A stretch of 64,000 bases of DNA from Podarcis erhardii (lineage: Eukaryota): the NCBI GenBank assembly GCA_964252035.1, contig OZ176201.1; one strand, written 5' to 3'. Positions 11,547-24,720 of the stretch are shown here, piece after piece. The translations under genes and the position numbers were made by a program. Numbering within the stretch: position 1 is the stretch's first letter; each line of letters begins with the position of its first letter. The notes beneath the pieces are model-generated. The model had not been told where the DNA came from. It saw only the letters and a program-made list of their open reading frames with translations, and searched no databases.

Positions 11547-13066
11547 TTCTTTCTGGATCTCTTTCTTACTAGCCACTTTAATAGGCTGCTAGTACCAAGG
11601 GGCTCGAGTGAATGTAGTTCAACTAGCTGATGTGCAATAACTTTTTATTTTGCATAAGTAAAATAAATATTGAAATCACAAATGACGTGGGGGAAGATCA
11701 TAGCTCAGTGGCAGGACTTTTGCCAACCTTCCAGAGATCCTGGAGAGCTGCTATTGGTCTACTCTGAAGACAGTGTATGCAGAGAGTAAATGTCCATTTG
11801 CGGGTTGAATCCAAACCATACCTGGAGACAGACTTCAGTGCTGATGGTGGTTCCAGTGAACCCATGCGAATTTCAGCTGGTGGGTGAGACTGCCCACCTT
11901 TCAAAGTTGGCAGGGGGGTGGAATTTGGGATCCATCCTGCCAGCCAGCCCGTTCTGTTTCCACACCTCTGCAGTCAACCATGCTGGGCTTCACAAGCAAA
12001 TAAGCTGACCTCGGCACCTTCTTGTGTTTCTGTGATAGCAGATGCAGTAATAACTGCTGAACGGCAAAGTCCTCAAAGGTGAAAATAAATATGCCCTTCG
12101 CAAGCTGCATATTTAAATACTAGAGTTATGCATGGAGAGATAATTAATTCACTTATGCCTTTGCTCCCTTTTCTTTTCTTTTTAATTGAAACTACAGGCA
12201 TGTGTCATATTTTGATCCACAGTGCTGGTACAGAGAGTTTTAATGCCCTTGCTTGGTGCCAGCCAGACTCCCCGTGCGTCTTAATTCAGAGATCAATGTG
12301 AGTGTTGTGTAAATGGCCACAGGCTGCCGATGCCAAGGGCCTCCACCCCTGCTGCTGATTCAAATAACAGATACCACATGACATGGCTGCACATTCCTAT
12401 GCTGCGTGTGAATGAAACTGTAAGAGCCACAGCCTCAGAATCCCACTTCCAATCCCGGGCGAAGATTACCTTATTTAATTTCCTGTAAACACACACACGT
12501 GGAACCAGCCCTTTGTGAAAAAGGAAACAAATATTCCAAAATAGCTTACACAACATTAAAGCGACTAGACATTGTAGCCATCTCTGTGGTCTTTTTTGGC
12601 GCCTATTGAAGGCATTCTTCCTCCAAGCAGCCTTTTAAGTTAGAGATCTTTCCCAGTCTATTTCAGTATTGGCCTTTTTTTAAAAAAAAAAGAGGTCTTA
12701 AATTATTTTTTTGGCTTGTGCGTTTGCTGCCCTGGGCTCCTTTGGGTGAAAGGGCAGGATATAAATGCAATCTGTAATGAGCTCAAATCCCAGGTACACG
12801 TGAGGAAAGGGTTTCCATCACTAATTGTGTTTCTCTGCCTCTTAAGGCATCATGAGGACTTTGGGGTGGTTTGTTTGTTTCTTTGGTTTTTAGTATTGCT
12901 TATTGCATTATTATTGAGTTTCCTAAGATAGTGCGGAAAACAATAAACAGAACCTCCCGCACCCACCCTGCCATTCTTAACGATGATAGTTGTAGTTAAC
13001 GACCCTCTCATTCCCTATTTACTCACAGTTGTTTGGGTTTACACAGCATCAAATCAGAAGGCACTA

Positions 13067-13308
13067 CAGTGGTACCTCTGGTTAAGAACTTAATTCATTC
13101 CAGAGGTCCATTCTTAACCTGAAACTGTTCTTAACCTGAAGCACCACTTTAGCTAATGGGGCCTCCTGCTGCCGCTGTGCCGACGCTGCACGATTTCTGT
13201 TCTCATCCTGAAGCAAAGTTCTTAACCTGAGGTACTATTTCTGGGTTAGCAGAGTCTGTAACCTGAAGCGTATGTAACCTGAAGTGTCTGTAACCTGAAG
13301 TACCACTG
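13067..13308. mobile_element. Tigger/pogo-type Tc1/mariner MITE (242 bp)
   Basis: TIRs CAGTGGTACCTCTGGTTA / TAACCTGAAGTACCACTG with a TA duplication at 13065-13066 and 13309-13310; internal TAACCTGA repeats. Confidence 0.9.
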
Positions 13309-13398
13309 TATTTTGAGAGGCAATCAGTTCAAATTTATAGACCCTATTCTGAAATTTTAGCAATGGACTGATGGGCTGTGTGCACTAGCCCAGGCCCC

Positions 13399-13562
13399 CA
13401 GAGGCGGTTTTAGGGTGGCGCAACCAGGACAGACACACTGGACACTGCCCTGAAGGGGGCACCAAAATAATGCTGTGCAACAGAGCATGAGAGGCAGGGG
13501 GTGCCAAATTTTAGTGTCGCACAGGGTGCTGCTGAAATTTGAAAGCCCAAACTCCACCACTG
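13399..13562. mobile_element. hAT-like non-autonomous element
   Basis: Short imperfect TIRs CAGAGGCGG / CCACCACTG, GC-rich interior; no convincing TSD. Confidence 0.45.
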
Positions 13563-14029
13563 AGGTCTTCTTATGTTCTTAACCATTATAAGTTACTAAC
13601 CCAGGTCAGAGAAAGTGGCACTTAAGTCCCATGAAAAAGAGTGGGACAGATTATTCAGAATTTACTTAATGCTGCAATCTTTTATTCATGTGGGGGCATA
13701 GGTCGCAATGAATTTATTGGGGCTTATTTCTTAGCAGACATAGAATGAGTTGTTCAGTCCAACTCATTGATTTCAATTGGACATAAACGCACTACACTTC
13801 TGGAGCCAGGCCCCTGGGCTCTTGTGCAAGGCTACACACAGTACTGGGCTTGAACTCCCAAGTGGTGGTGCAAGAAATAGTAACATCTCCTACAATGGTC
13901 CTAAAGTGTTTGTTGTTCAATGCATGGTTTATCTCTCCTATTTCCAAGGACAACAAGCAATCAACATCATTTCACTTCAGAACTATCAAAACTCTACATA
14001 ATATGCAATGAGAATGCATGTGAGGGGGG

Positions 14030-14167
14030 GCTAGAGTGTGGGCCTAGAGCCTAGGATGTCAGGGTTCAAATCCCCCCTCAGCCATGAAGTTCACTGTGTG
14101 ACCTTGGGCCAGATACTGTCTTTCGGCCTAACCTACCTCACAGGGCTATTGTAAGGTTAAAATGGGG
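14030..14167 (+). mobile_element. Old Squam3/MIR-like SINE fragment
   Basis: GGGTTCAAATCCCCCCTCAGCCATGAAGTTCACTGTGTGACCTTGGGCCAG...CCTACCTCACAGGGCTATTGT, homologous to 5987-6182. Confidence 0.65.
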
Positions 14168-16050
14168 AAAGTGGTGTTTTTCAAAAAGAAAGGAGTCTTA
14201 GATGGTTGTCAGGTATTATAATTTTTGCATTAAAGAGAAAATGAGAAACATGCAGAAAAGCATGTTCAGAAGAAGCAAGGCATGCTGGGAAAGCAATGTC
14301 TTCTCTTCCTGGATCTGAGGCATGGGATTTGTCTAGAAAGAGCTGGTCAGGGAGAGGAGCTAAGAAGAGAGACTAGGGACAGTATTGGTGTGGCTGAGCA
14401 CGTTTTGGAATAACTAATGTCTCTGCTTTGGCAGTTTACTGTCTCCAAAGCCAACTGGCCCTGCAGACATGTTGAGATCTGACCAGCATTCCTTGAGAAA
14501 GGAACATCCCTTTGGCAGTATGTAATAAACACATTGAAACAGCATCTCATGAGCTGACTCAAAATGAGTAAGGCTAATTGTTTTAAGGCACTGCTTTGAA
14601 CCTCGCCACTGCGCTGTACTGATTGTTGGTAGCACCTAGAGCTTTCCATTAACCTAGCTAATTGGGTTTAACTCAGTGCCTGCATTGTCTTTGAATGGGA
14701 GAGGAGGTAAATAAACTTTGGATCAGGGGACTATCTAGAATTGCATGCTTGTCCTGGACTTCGCACAATGGAACCTGGTTCTTTGTTGCTATTCAGGCAC
14801 AAACACAATAGGCAACACAAACAACACAAACAAAACATGGCCCCAAGAGCAATGCCTGCCCTAGTTTCTCCTAGGGAGGGGGGTACGGTAGAGGCAGTAC
14901 CTTTCACGGAGATCCACGGAGTTCTGAGAGCCAAAACAATACAGTTGTTTTCCTTCTTGCGCCCGTGCTAGAAGAACTATTCACTGCAGTTATCCAATAA
15001 AACAAGGACATTTGGATTGAAGCTCCAGACTGCCCACTTTCAACAGCAAGGGAGAAATCCAGGTTTCCCAAGTGGGATGCAACCACTTCATTTGGGTGCT
15101 TTTTCCTTTGCAAATTTAACTATACAAATTAACCATATTCCCTTTTTCATTAGCCAGAGAGAGTTCTTTACTTTTTTGGACCTATTTCAATGCTTCGTTG
15201 CTTAATGCACTAGATCAATTAGTTGCCTAGCCATAGCTAAAAAGAAGCATTTTACCACAACATTGCTACTTCTGTCACTCATAATGGCACCTGATGTCAG
15301 ATGCTCCTATGAATGACGTAGCTTGAAGTGGCAAATTGGCTTGTTTTTAAGGGATTAAAATTCCAACTACCTTGTTATAAGTTAAGATGAGAATTCTTGA
15401 AATTTACTCCCCAACACGCACATACAAACACACAATCACAGACACACACACACAAACATTCCCAACAATAGCTGGGCTGAATTCTTCAGCCAGTGGTAGT
15501 ATTGATGCATCTGTCTATGTTCAAGTTACACCTTCTTTTGTACAGTTCTCATTTATTCCAGTGGGCTCACAATCCAATAACCTTCTTGCCAGATTGTGTC
15601 CTTGGCCATTTTATAGTGTGAATGCTAGAAATTGTGCCACTGCGTATTTTAAGTCTTGTATTTGTGGCTCTGTGCGTTTCTTAAAATCGTCTAGAGGCTC
15701 CAGTGCCAGCAACACACAAAGCCAATACTGTAAAATAATAACAATATAAATCTCTCAAGCTGCAGGGCAAATTTGACCAAATATGCACATGGTTCTGGAT
15801 CAATGGAATTCAGCATGAGTTTCTTTGAGAGGATCTAAAGCAGCATTAACACAAATTGTACTGAGCAGTTTGGTGCAAAGTCCTGAGGTCTTTTTCTTCA
15901 TTTCACATTCCCAGGCTGTGTGCCAGATGTGTCGTCATTTACTGTAATGTTTTTACTCTGAATTTCCTTCTCACCGTTAACCCACTTCTCAGTACAATAT
16001 GAGGAAACACTGGGTGAGCGAGAAAACAGAATGCTCTTGTCATGTTGTTG

Positions 16051-16168
16051 CAGAGGTGTAGATCTAAACTTTGCTAGACTACAACTCCCATCAACCCTTG
16101 CCTTAGGCCATGCTGATGGGAGATGGAGCCCAACAACCTCTGGAGGGCCACAAGGTGCCTCACCTCTG
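16051..16168. mobile_element. Palindromic hAT-like MITE copy
   Basis: Perfect 8-bp TIRs CAGAGGTG / CACCTCTG; internal ACTACAACTCCCATC...GATGGGAGATGGAG arms. Confidence 0.65.
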
Positions 16169-16999
16169 CTACAGAAGATTACAACCATGATGCAGGTGGT
16201 TCCTGATGCTACGCGTGTGTACCTTTAAACTGCTGGTTGTTTAAACGCTGATTGCTAAGGACGCCCACTCAAAAAATGCATGGATTTCTGGACTGGATTT
16301 CAAACCTCCTGCTTCTAAATTCTACCACCATCACTATTGCACACACATTAGTGGGAATAGTGTTCTTGGGTCTATCATTTGAGCAGCTATGCTGGATTTT
16401 TTAAAACCTGGCTGAGGTTTTACTAACCTAGCAAAATTATGGACGGTTGAGCCATCTAGAGAATTGTCAAAGCAAAATAGGTAGGGACCAATTATAACCA
16501 CAGTATAATCACAGACTAACTAGTTGTCACATTATTAAACACCCAGTTGGAAAAACAGGTCACTAGTGCCTAATGGCCATTATAACTTCATTATCCTACA
16601 CTATAATTTCTGGTTTCAGAATATGTATGACAAAACAACACTGTGTTATATTACCACAAAGCAACTCCTTTTTTCTGCTTCCTCAATTATTTTTCTTTAA
16701 ATACACTTTTTTTAATGAGACAGCACAAATTGGAGTTTGGATGCGTAATTTGATCATCTCAAAAATATGACTAAATTCCATTCACTGTAAGTTTTTCGCT
16801 TATTGTTGACTGCGGTGTGGAACTGCCCTGCCCTAGCCTGTCCCTTTAAGATTACCCCGTAACATGAACAACTTTGCCTGAAAAGTGGTATATAAATATT
16901 TTTAATGAATTGATGATGGATTGATTAAAATGGACTAATGTAGACATCAGGGATACCACAACAGAATTGGCTTCCAGATTGCTAGATGCAAAGATATAT

Positions 17000-17119
17000 A
17001 AGCAAGTCCCTCCAGATGTTGTCAGACTCCATTAGCCTGAGTCAGCATGGCCGATGGTCAGGGGCTATGAGAGTTATAATCCAGCAACATCTGGTGATCC
17101 TTAGGTTTCCCCACCCCTG
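17000..17119. mobile_element. Palindromic hAT-like MITE copy
   Basis: CCTCCAGATGTT...CAACATCTGG arms, ends CCCCACCCCTG. Confidence 0.6.
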
Positions 17120-17729
17120 GCACATAGCTTCCTAGGCTGAGGAAATTGGTCATTCCTGCTCTAAGCACAGAACCAAAATTATATACATTCATGTTCACCT
17201 TCCTCCTGTCTCGAGGCAATTATAAAGCAGAGTGGTTGTTTGGTCAACAAGGATCCTCAAGATCTGTTCAGTGCCTGACCAAAGCTCATTAAATACATCA
17301 TGCATGCTTATTATAATTGCTACTACTGCTATTACTACAATAGCTGCTACTACTACAACTATTGAAAATTTCCGTATTACCAACAGCATAGTAGGTACCC
17401 AATAACAATGCTGATGGTATTCAAATTATCATCATTAGTAGTAACAATGGTAGTAAACATAATATATGACTTCTAGGCTGTAATGTAGTTTTGGAAGTAA
17501 GGAAGTACTATAAATGACACTCATGTGTCTGTCGCCAAACCTCAGAGGCACATGTGCATAAGAAAGGGTTACCTCATTCTTCTCAGTGTCAGAGAAAGCT
17601 CTGTACACCCATCTTCTTATGTGCATGGAACTCTCACAGATATAGAAGTCTCAGATACTGCTGCCCCAGGCCATTCAGAGGAGGAAATACAAGCATAAAC
17701 ACTTTGAATTGGTCCCAATGTTAACTGTT

Positions 17730-18550
17730 GTAAACTGGGGGGATTATATGCACTCAATCCACTGGCTCCATCAGCGCTTGAGCGGCCACATGTAGAGTGC
17801 ATTACAATACTCTAATCTGGACCTTACCAGAACGTGGATGACTATCCTTTTCAGAAATGGTCATAGTTGGTGCATCAGCTGAAGGCAACCCTAGTCACCA
17901 ACGCTGCTTGGGACTCCATGGACAACAATTGTTTGAGGAGCACCCTGCTCTTTCAAGGGGAGTGTGATCCCATACAGAACAGGCAGTTCTGCCAGCTCCC
18001 TGATATGGGAACTGCCCATCCACCCACAACACCTCCATCTTGTTTGGATTCTGCTGCAATCTCTTGGTCCACATCAAACCCTTTCCTGCCTCAAGTCACT
18101 GGTTTGGGACTTACACTACCTTTCCTAATAGGGATTGTACAAAGAGATAAGTGTTCAGTTTTATTAGCATATTGATTGTGCCTTGCCCCAAATACCTTGT
18201 TGACTTTCCCAACAGCTTTACATTGATCTTAAACAACATGGGTGACAAGATCAAACCCTGAGAAATCACTGCAGGATACTTCCCACGGGGCTGAACAATG
18301 GTGACTGAGCACTATTTTCTGGAATTTCTCCTAGAGATAGGAGCAGAACTACTGTAGTGTAGGCCCCCCAGTTGCCAGAATCTGTAAAAAAGCAATGATC
18401 AATAGGATCAAAAGCCATCTAGTGGTCAAGGAAAATCAACAAGATTGCACTCCCCCTGTACATCTCCCAACCAGGACAACCAAGACGGTTGCAGTCCCAA
18501 AGCCAGGCCTGAAGCTGGATTGAAATGGGTCTGAAAGATTGGTTACATCC
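17730..18550 (-). mobile_element. Degraded L2 LINE reverse-transcriptase fragment
   Basis: Minus-strand translation, with stops and frameshifts, keeps RT-region motifs (PIFQ.HF.P...G, GGPTLQ*FCSYL, HCSAPW, WTKRLQQNPNKMEVLW resembling WM..N.LKLNP.KTEV). Confidence 0.65.
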
Positions 18551-19779
18551 ATACATACTTGGAGCTGCCCCACCACCAACTTCTCAACCACTTTGCTCCC
18601 CCTCATCCCAGAATATTAGCAACTACCCTCCATTGTGGTGTAGTGATTGTGGGAGAAACTCAGGTTCAGTGCTCAGCCATAAAGCTCACTCGCTGACCTT
18701 GACTACTTCTGCCCTTGGTCATTATCTCCCGGCATAAGTGAACTTCACAGGGTTGTTGTGTGCATAAGAGTGGTACATGGGGCATGTCCATCACTGTAAA
18801 ATTAATGGAGGAAAGGTAGGATACAAATGTAATGAAATCAAAGAAAAAATATCAATGAACCCACCTTCAAAGTCATCTTTAGTCTGCCTTCAGTCCAGTT
18901 ATTTAATGATGATTTGGCAGATGAGCTATACAATACAATATGCAATAGAAATTATTCATATACACCAGTACCTATAATTAAGAATATCTAATCCTCTGTG
19001 TTATGTGGAATAGTTAATGCACTGCTGATGGAGCTCTTTAATAACCCAGGGGTAGCCTTTCAGGAGGTTTCAAGTACACTTATTTCCATCTTTAACTTTA
19101 AGCATATGAGCCACTTCACTGACATTTCTTCCTATATATACTTAAACACAAACACATGATTTAGGGGACTTTGTTGTACAAGGTAATATGTTTCCATTCA
19201 GCTTCAGCAGCAGACAGAACAGCCATGAGAAAGAATGAGGAAAAAATGTATGTAGAAATGCACTGTATAATAAGAAAAAGTTTCCAGCCGTGATGATAGT
19301 TATAAGAAAACAATAGCCCAGGTAAATCTGTTAAGTCTTCCACTAGAAAGTTTTAATAAGAGAACAATGTCCAATGATGGTATAGAAATCACCATTCCAG
19401 TTCTTATACAGCCAATCATTTCCTACGAAGGCTAGCATGGAGGACATCCTGGAAGAATTGCTGGTGACATGATTAGACATATGGAATGAAAGGAAAGGTC
19501 AAGATCACTGATGTAACAGTGGAACTGAAACCATTAAGATGAAATCATCAGCCATGGGAAGCAAATCTTCTGAAATGAAAGCTGCAGCTAACTCCAATTT
19601 AGCATCCCCTCCCCAACCCCACTCAACTAATATTTAATCTTCAGTTATGGCAAAGTGGTTCTCCCTGATCTCAACAGTTTGTATGGAACATGGATAGATG
19701 ACCTTAGCTGCCCTAAACCAAGACGGACCATTTATCCATCTCGTCCAGGACTGTTTACTCAAGGGACTCCATCACTGTT

Positions 19780-19870
19780 TACTCAAGGGACTCCATCACT
19801 GCAACCAGCCTGGCTGATGGTCAGGGTAATGGGAGCTATAGTCCAATAGCATCTTACAAAGCTCCTGTTG
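19780..19870. mobile_element. Palindromic hAT-like MITE remnant
   Basis: ACTCCATCACTGCAACCAGCCTGGCTGATGGTCAGGGTAATGGGAGCTATAGTCC matches the core of the 8307/17000 copies. Confidence 0.5.
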
Positions 19871-22800
19871 GCTACCACTGGTCTGCTCTAATTTGTAGCA
19901 GTTCTTCAAATATTTAGGCTTTATATGCCACCTGAGTTCCTTTTTAACTAGCAATGCCAGGGAATGAACTTGGAACATCTTACATGCAATTTACTCCACC
20001 AGTTCATCCATGCATCAGATTAAAGCTGCAACGCCAATTCCATATATATACGAAATATCTTCTGTAACGGAATGGAATAATTTGTAATTTAATCATCTTG
20101 GGTTTTAGTGGATCCATTTGTGAGGACAGTTTTTAATCTGGGTGGGTGGGAATTATAGACATCTTTTTTCAAGGATGCTTTGGTTCTGATGTGTTTCTAT
20201 ACCGGGTCGCTTCCAGATGACCTGTTTAATGAGCATTCATTCTGATTTGTTTGCAGGGAAGATATCCGATGCTGCATCAATCAACTGTTATTCCATGCTT
20301 TCCGTAAAGCAAAAAGTACAACTTGGGGGAAGCAGTGTGTTTGTTGCACAAGTGCCAAAATCCACCTTAACTGCACAACCTGAATTTGCCATTATGTGAT
20401 TTAATCCCATGTATGAAATAGCACCAGCATGGAAGTGCCTGTGGACAGCTTTTCCTTCTAATAATTTAAATGCAGATTTTATTTGTAGTTTTTGTTTCCC
20501 ATACATCTTTTCAGTATTGTAAAAAGGAGACCCTGTCCTGCAGTTTTTGTAATATGCAAATTAATTTACATTAACTAGTGAACTAAAAGGGGAAAGATTT
20601 CAAATGTGCTAAAATAAAAAACCTTATCAGATGACATCTCTTGACACAATAATGTTGCAATATAATATTGTACTGCTGGATAAATGTTTTCAACTGCTGT
20701 GGTAAGCTCCGTGCAGCCTTAAAACATTAAAATGATAACCTCATCTAGATTTGCTTTTCTATTCATCTATAGAATTTCTCAATTATGTCTGACTAATTTT
20801 GCACAAAGTCATTATTTGGAGCAATTTGTCTAAGTATGAGAGGCAACACCTTCACCTTTCCTGGAAGGTGGGTGGGGGAAGATGTCATAATCTGCTCTGC
20901 TTCAGCATGAGTTATTAAGCGGTCACAGGAGTTCAAAAGAAGGTGGGGGGAATGAGCAGGTAAGTCATTACATGCAACAACAACAAAAAACTTCTATACT
21001 ATCAAAATATAAATTAATTACAGATAAGATCAGACGTAGGTTTCTTTTTTCCTTTTTCTTTAATGTTCACTTTTTCCCAGAGACAGTAATGACAACATAC
21101 AGGACGTGGGGTGGGGGGGAGAGATGTATAGAGGAAAAAATGTTTTATTAATGTTGGCTCCAGAATACTAGAGAGGTGTTGGCTGTGAGAGCATCAAAAG
21201 GCTCAGAAAAAGGCTCTGGGACATACTTAAAGGTTTTTATTTTATTAGAAAGAGGGTGCTAATTCATCCATAGCCTCAATCAGATGGAATGATTCCCAGA
21301 GCTTTAATAACATTATCTCCATTCAGAAATTACCCCTTCCATCAGTCCAATCAGCAGGTATGACAACAACTGTGCCACAGAATCCTGTTGAATTAATTCA
21401 CTTAGGGGTTGTAGGACCTTAACCAGGCTTCCGTCAGTGAACCTTTAAAGCCATGACCATGACTGTAGCAAACAGGTGACTCATCTTTCTTGAGCAAAAC
21501 AGGACTCCAACCACTATCTCATCCACTTTCTTCTCTGTCCTATGCAATACTAATATCCTCCAACAACAACAACAAAAATCAAAATAATAGTCCTCTGTAC
21601 TTAAGACTAATCAGAGCGGGCGCCATCCAACTTGCAAAGGTAGCAATTTTCCTTCATTAAAGCCAAATAAGGAGAGAGAACTTCAGTATTCCTTAGGGCA
21701 AATTACAAGGTGTTAATAATAACAATATAATGGCAGCAATTTTCTAGCTTTGCCCAAACCTATAATCTACCTTGAGTGCCTTGTAGGATTGTCTCTGAGT
21801 TTACATAAAGCCAAGTATTAGCCCCCCAAAATTTTTAATTTTTTACATCATGTCTCTCTTCAGTGTTTGCAATGATGCGGTAATTGTTCTCTCCCCCAAT
21901 GAGAAACCTCTTAGTCAGCAAGTTGCAACATGATCACTCCAGAAAGCCCTGTTTTCTTGCTGGTTGAAGTGAATACTGTGTGCTGGAAACAGATTAAACG
22001 TCTACCTCAGTGAACCCAGCAAACTGTGAGCGCAAAAGGCTGGGGTGGAATTTCTCCTACCACTCCTACCTGCAGAATGAATTAGCTTAAGTGATTACCA
22101 CAGAACTTGAGACAAAAAAACAAATGTGCCAATTATCCTTGTATCCATCTCCTAATTGCTTGTTGAAATCCTACTAGGACACCATGATCGAATGCCACAT
22201 GTTGCTAGAACAATGATTCATTAACTGTGCTTTTTTATCCTCAGTGCAGTCAAGTGCATCGACACACTAAGGCTGCAATCCTATACACACTCAACAGGGC
22301 TTGCTTCCGAGTAGACATGTCTGGATTGCACTGCAAGCGATATATGAGATGAGGAGCAGAGTGCCAAATAAATATAATATTGGCTGTAGAATTTGTTTTC
22401 AGCTTTGTGATTAAACTGGAGGATGACTAGGCGTTAAATTAGCCAGAAATTAGATTCTACGACTCAGCCATAAAGCTTTACCAGCTTATTTATGTATATA
22501 AGCAGGTTATTTCATTAATTACTGTCCTGCTCCTTAACCCTGAATGATTCCTAGAATAAAAGAAAAAAGTTTAAAAGGCATAAAACTGCAAATAATTAAA
22601 GTTGCACAAGGAAACTCTGCTATATTCTTTGGATTTCCTTAGCCTGCTCCCATCCCACATCATTTGAGGGAGGACACAGAGGTTGTAGCATAGGAAAGGA
22701 GTCAGGCAAGCACCACTGTACAAGCAAAATTCTGTTCACACTTCACCAGATCCATAATCATTATTCAGAAGAACAGTCAAATTAGATATGGAAACCAGAT

Positions 22801-23326
22801 GCAGATTAAATTAAAACTGCTTGATAATCTGGCACAAATATTGCATAATTAACTAGATTCAAAGCAAGTAAGTGTCCAGTATTTTAAGAGCAAATGATTC
22901 CCTGGCATCAAAACAGCAAAGAGAAGGCTGGCTCTACTGTTTGGCAGAGCCAAGCAGCAGGGGCTGGAGGCAGCAGTCTGTTTCTCATGATCCCCCGGCT
23001 GTATCTTTCTGTTAAAGAACAGCTGTGTGCCCTGTGACTTGTCTGGCAACTCCATAACTGGCAGGTGTAGTAGAGGATACCACCTTTTCATTATCAGCAT
23101 TAAAATAAGTCAGGTCAGCTCCTGTACATGTAGTTGCCACTCTGGTCAGCTGTTGCACATGGAATGATCAAGGTGCCACATTGTTGATTATAATATGTGA
23201 ACATCCCAAGTGTACAACCCATGCGCCAGTGTACACAAATAGTTGAGCTGTACTATAATACTTCACATGTAACATTCAACAAGTGCGTACCTGTGCATGC
23301 AATAGCTGAGCTGTACAAAGGAACAA

Positions 23327-23654
23327 GTGACCTTTAAAGCCCTAAAAGGCCTCAGTCCAGTATATCTGAAGGAGCGTCTCCACCCCCATGGTTCTACCCA
23401 GACACTGAGGTCCAACGCCAAGGCTTTCTGGTGGTTCCCTCACTGCGAGAAGCCAAGTTACAGGGAACCAGGCAGAGGGCCTTCTCGGTAGTGGCACCCA
23501 CCCTATGGAACACCCTCCCACCAGATGTGAAAGAGAAAAACAACTACCAGACTTTTAGAAGACATCTGAAGGCAGCCCTTTTGAGGGAAGCTTTTAATGT
23601 TTAACAGATCATTGTATTTTAATATTTTGTTGGAAGCCGCCCAGAGTGGGCAGG

Positions 23655-23708
<54 letters not shown>

Positions 23709-23710
23709 TA
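23327..23710 (+). mobile_element. L2-clade LINE 3' fragment with (ATT)n tail
   Basis: Clearly homologous to 4626-4980 (GACCTTTAAAGCCCTAAA...CCCTCACTGCGAGAAG...GACTTTTAGAAGACATCTGAAG); ends in a long (TAT)n. Confidence 0.85.
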
Positions 23711-23723
23711 TACTCTTTCACAC

Positions 23724-23824
23724 AAAGGTAAAAAGGTAAAGGACCCCTGGCAAAGGACAGTCAAACTTGACTATGGGCTGCAGTGCTCATCTTGCTTCAA
23801 GCTGAGGGAGCCGGCGTTTGTCCA
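23724..23824 (-). mobile_element. Sauria SINE 3' fragment
   Basis: AAAGGTAAAAAGGTAAAGGACCCCTG is the reverse complement of the ACCTTT-tailed end of the full copy at 63386-63738. Confidence 0.75.
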
Positions 23825-24544
23825 GTCCTGGCTGAATATCCAGTGTAGAACCCCATTCTGGAATCATTTTTTAATACTTGAATTGCATCAATACTTGATG
23901 CAATACTTGAATTGCATCAAGTGATGTATTGGAAACTGATTTCACTCAGAAGCATTTTGCTTCTCTTCATTTACTCCTCTTTCCTCTGAGCAACTAACTA
24001 CTGACAGCACAGCATAAGTGGCTAAATTAGTTGCACCTAAAAGTGCACATTTTTTTTAATAGTATGACAAATGCATTTGGCAGGAAGGAAGATTTATCAC
24101 CCTCTTTCCTACCACAGGTAATAAGAGAGCTTGCAAAAATATTGCTGTGTAGTTATATGAAGTCTGCAACATATAGTTAAGGGGGTAAATAATCATTTGG
24201 ATGGGTGAGTCATGTGATGGGAACCATAATGTGGGATTAACGCCCAATCTGTTTTTGTGTTCTTAAATTCTGCTACCAAGTAGCATGCCTGATGCCATTC
24301 CCTATGTCACCCTCTGGGCTGCATGATGGAAGCAATAGGCAGATGATGTTACAGTATATGCTTCAAAAACACCAATAATCCTTCTCCATCAACTCCACTG
24401 AGGGTCAAACTGGGTGAGGGAGGATGGAATGGGGAGGGATGCCATCTTGCCTTATGCCTTAGCCAGAGGGGGGGGGAATTGGGTTGGCTTGGGTTGGCTT
24501 TCAACTTAGATGATAAAGCTTTGTTACCATTCTTATTTAAGATA

Positions 24545-24720
24545 ATAGTAATAATAATAATAATATTTCTTGCCCACCCTTCACCATAAGGTAGCACATC
24601 AGTTTAAACCAATGTAAAAATACAAAGCAAAACCAGTAAAACAATTTACAATCAAAATAAAAGGATGGGTCCTAAAAACATATATCTCAGATGTCAAAGG
24701 TCAGGGTAAATAGATGTGTC
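24545..24720 (-). mobile_element. Old L2-type LINE 3' end
   Basis: (TAA)n followed by ATTTCTTGCCCACCCTTCACC and an A-rich 3' UTR in reverse orientation. Confidence 0.5.

Noticed and set aside
13465-13485. CTCF-like CCTGAAGGGGGCAC, and weaker matches near 47645 and 48950
   Set aside because: Only partial consensus matches; not supportable without a PWM scan or ChIP data.
17310-17460. Val/Ala/Ile-rich hydrophobic ORF (17195-17389) suggestive of a membrane peptide
   Set aside because: Arises from degenerate (ACT/ATT)n low-complexity DNA.
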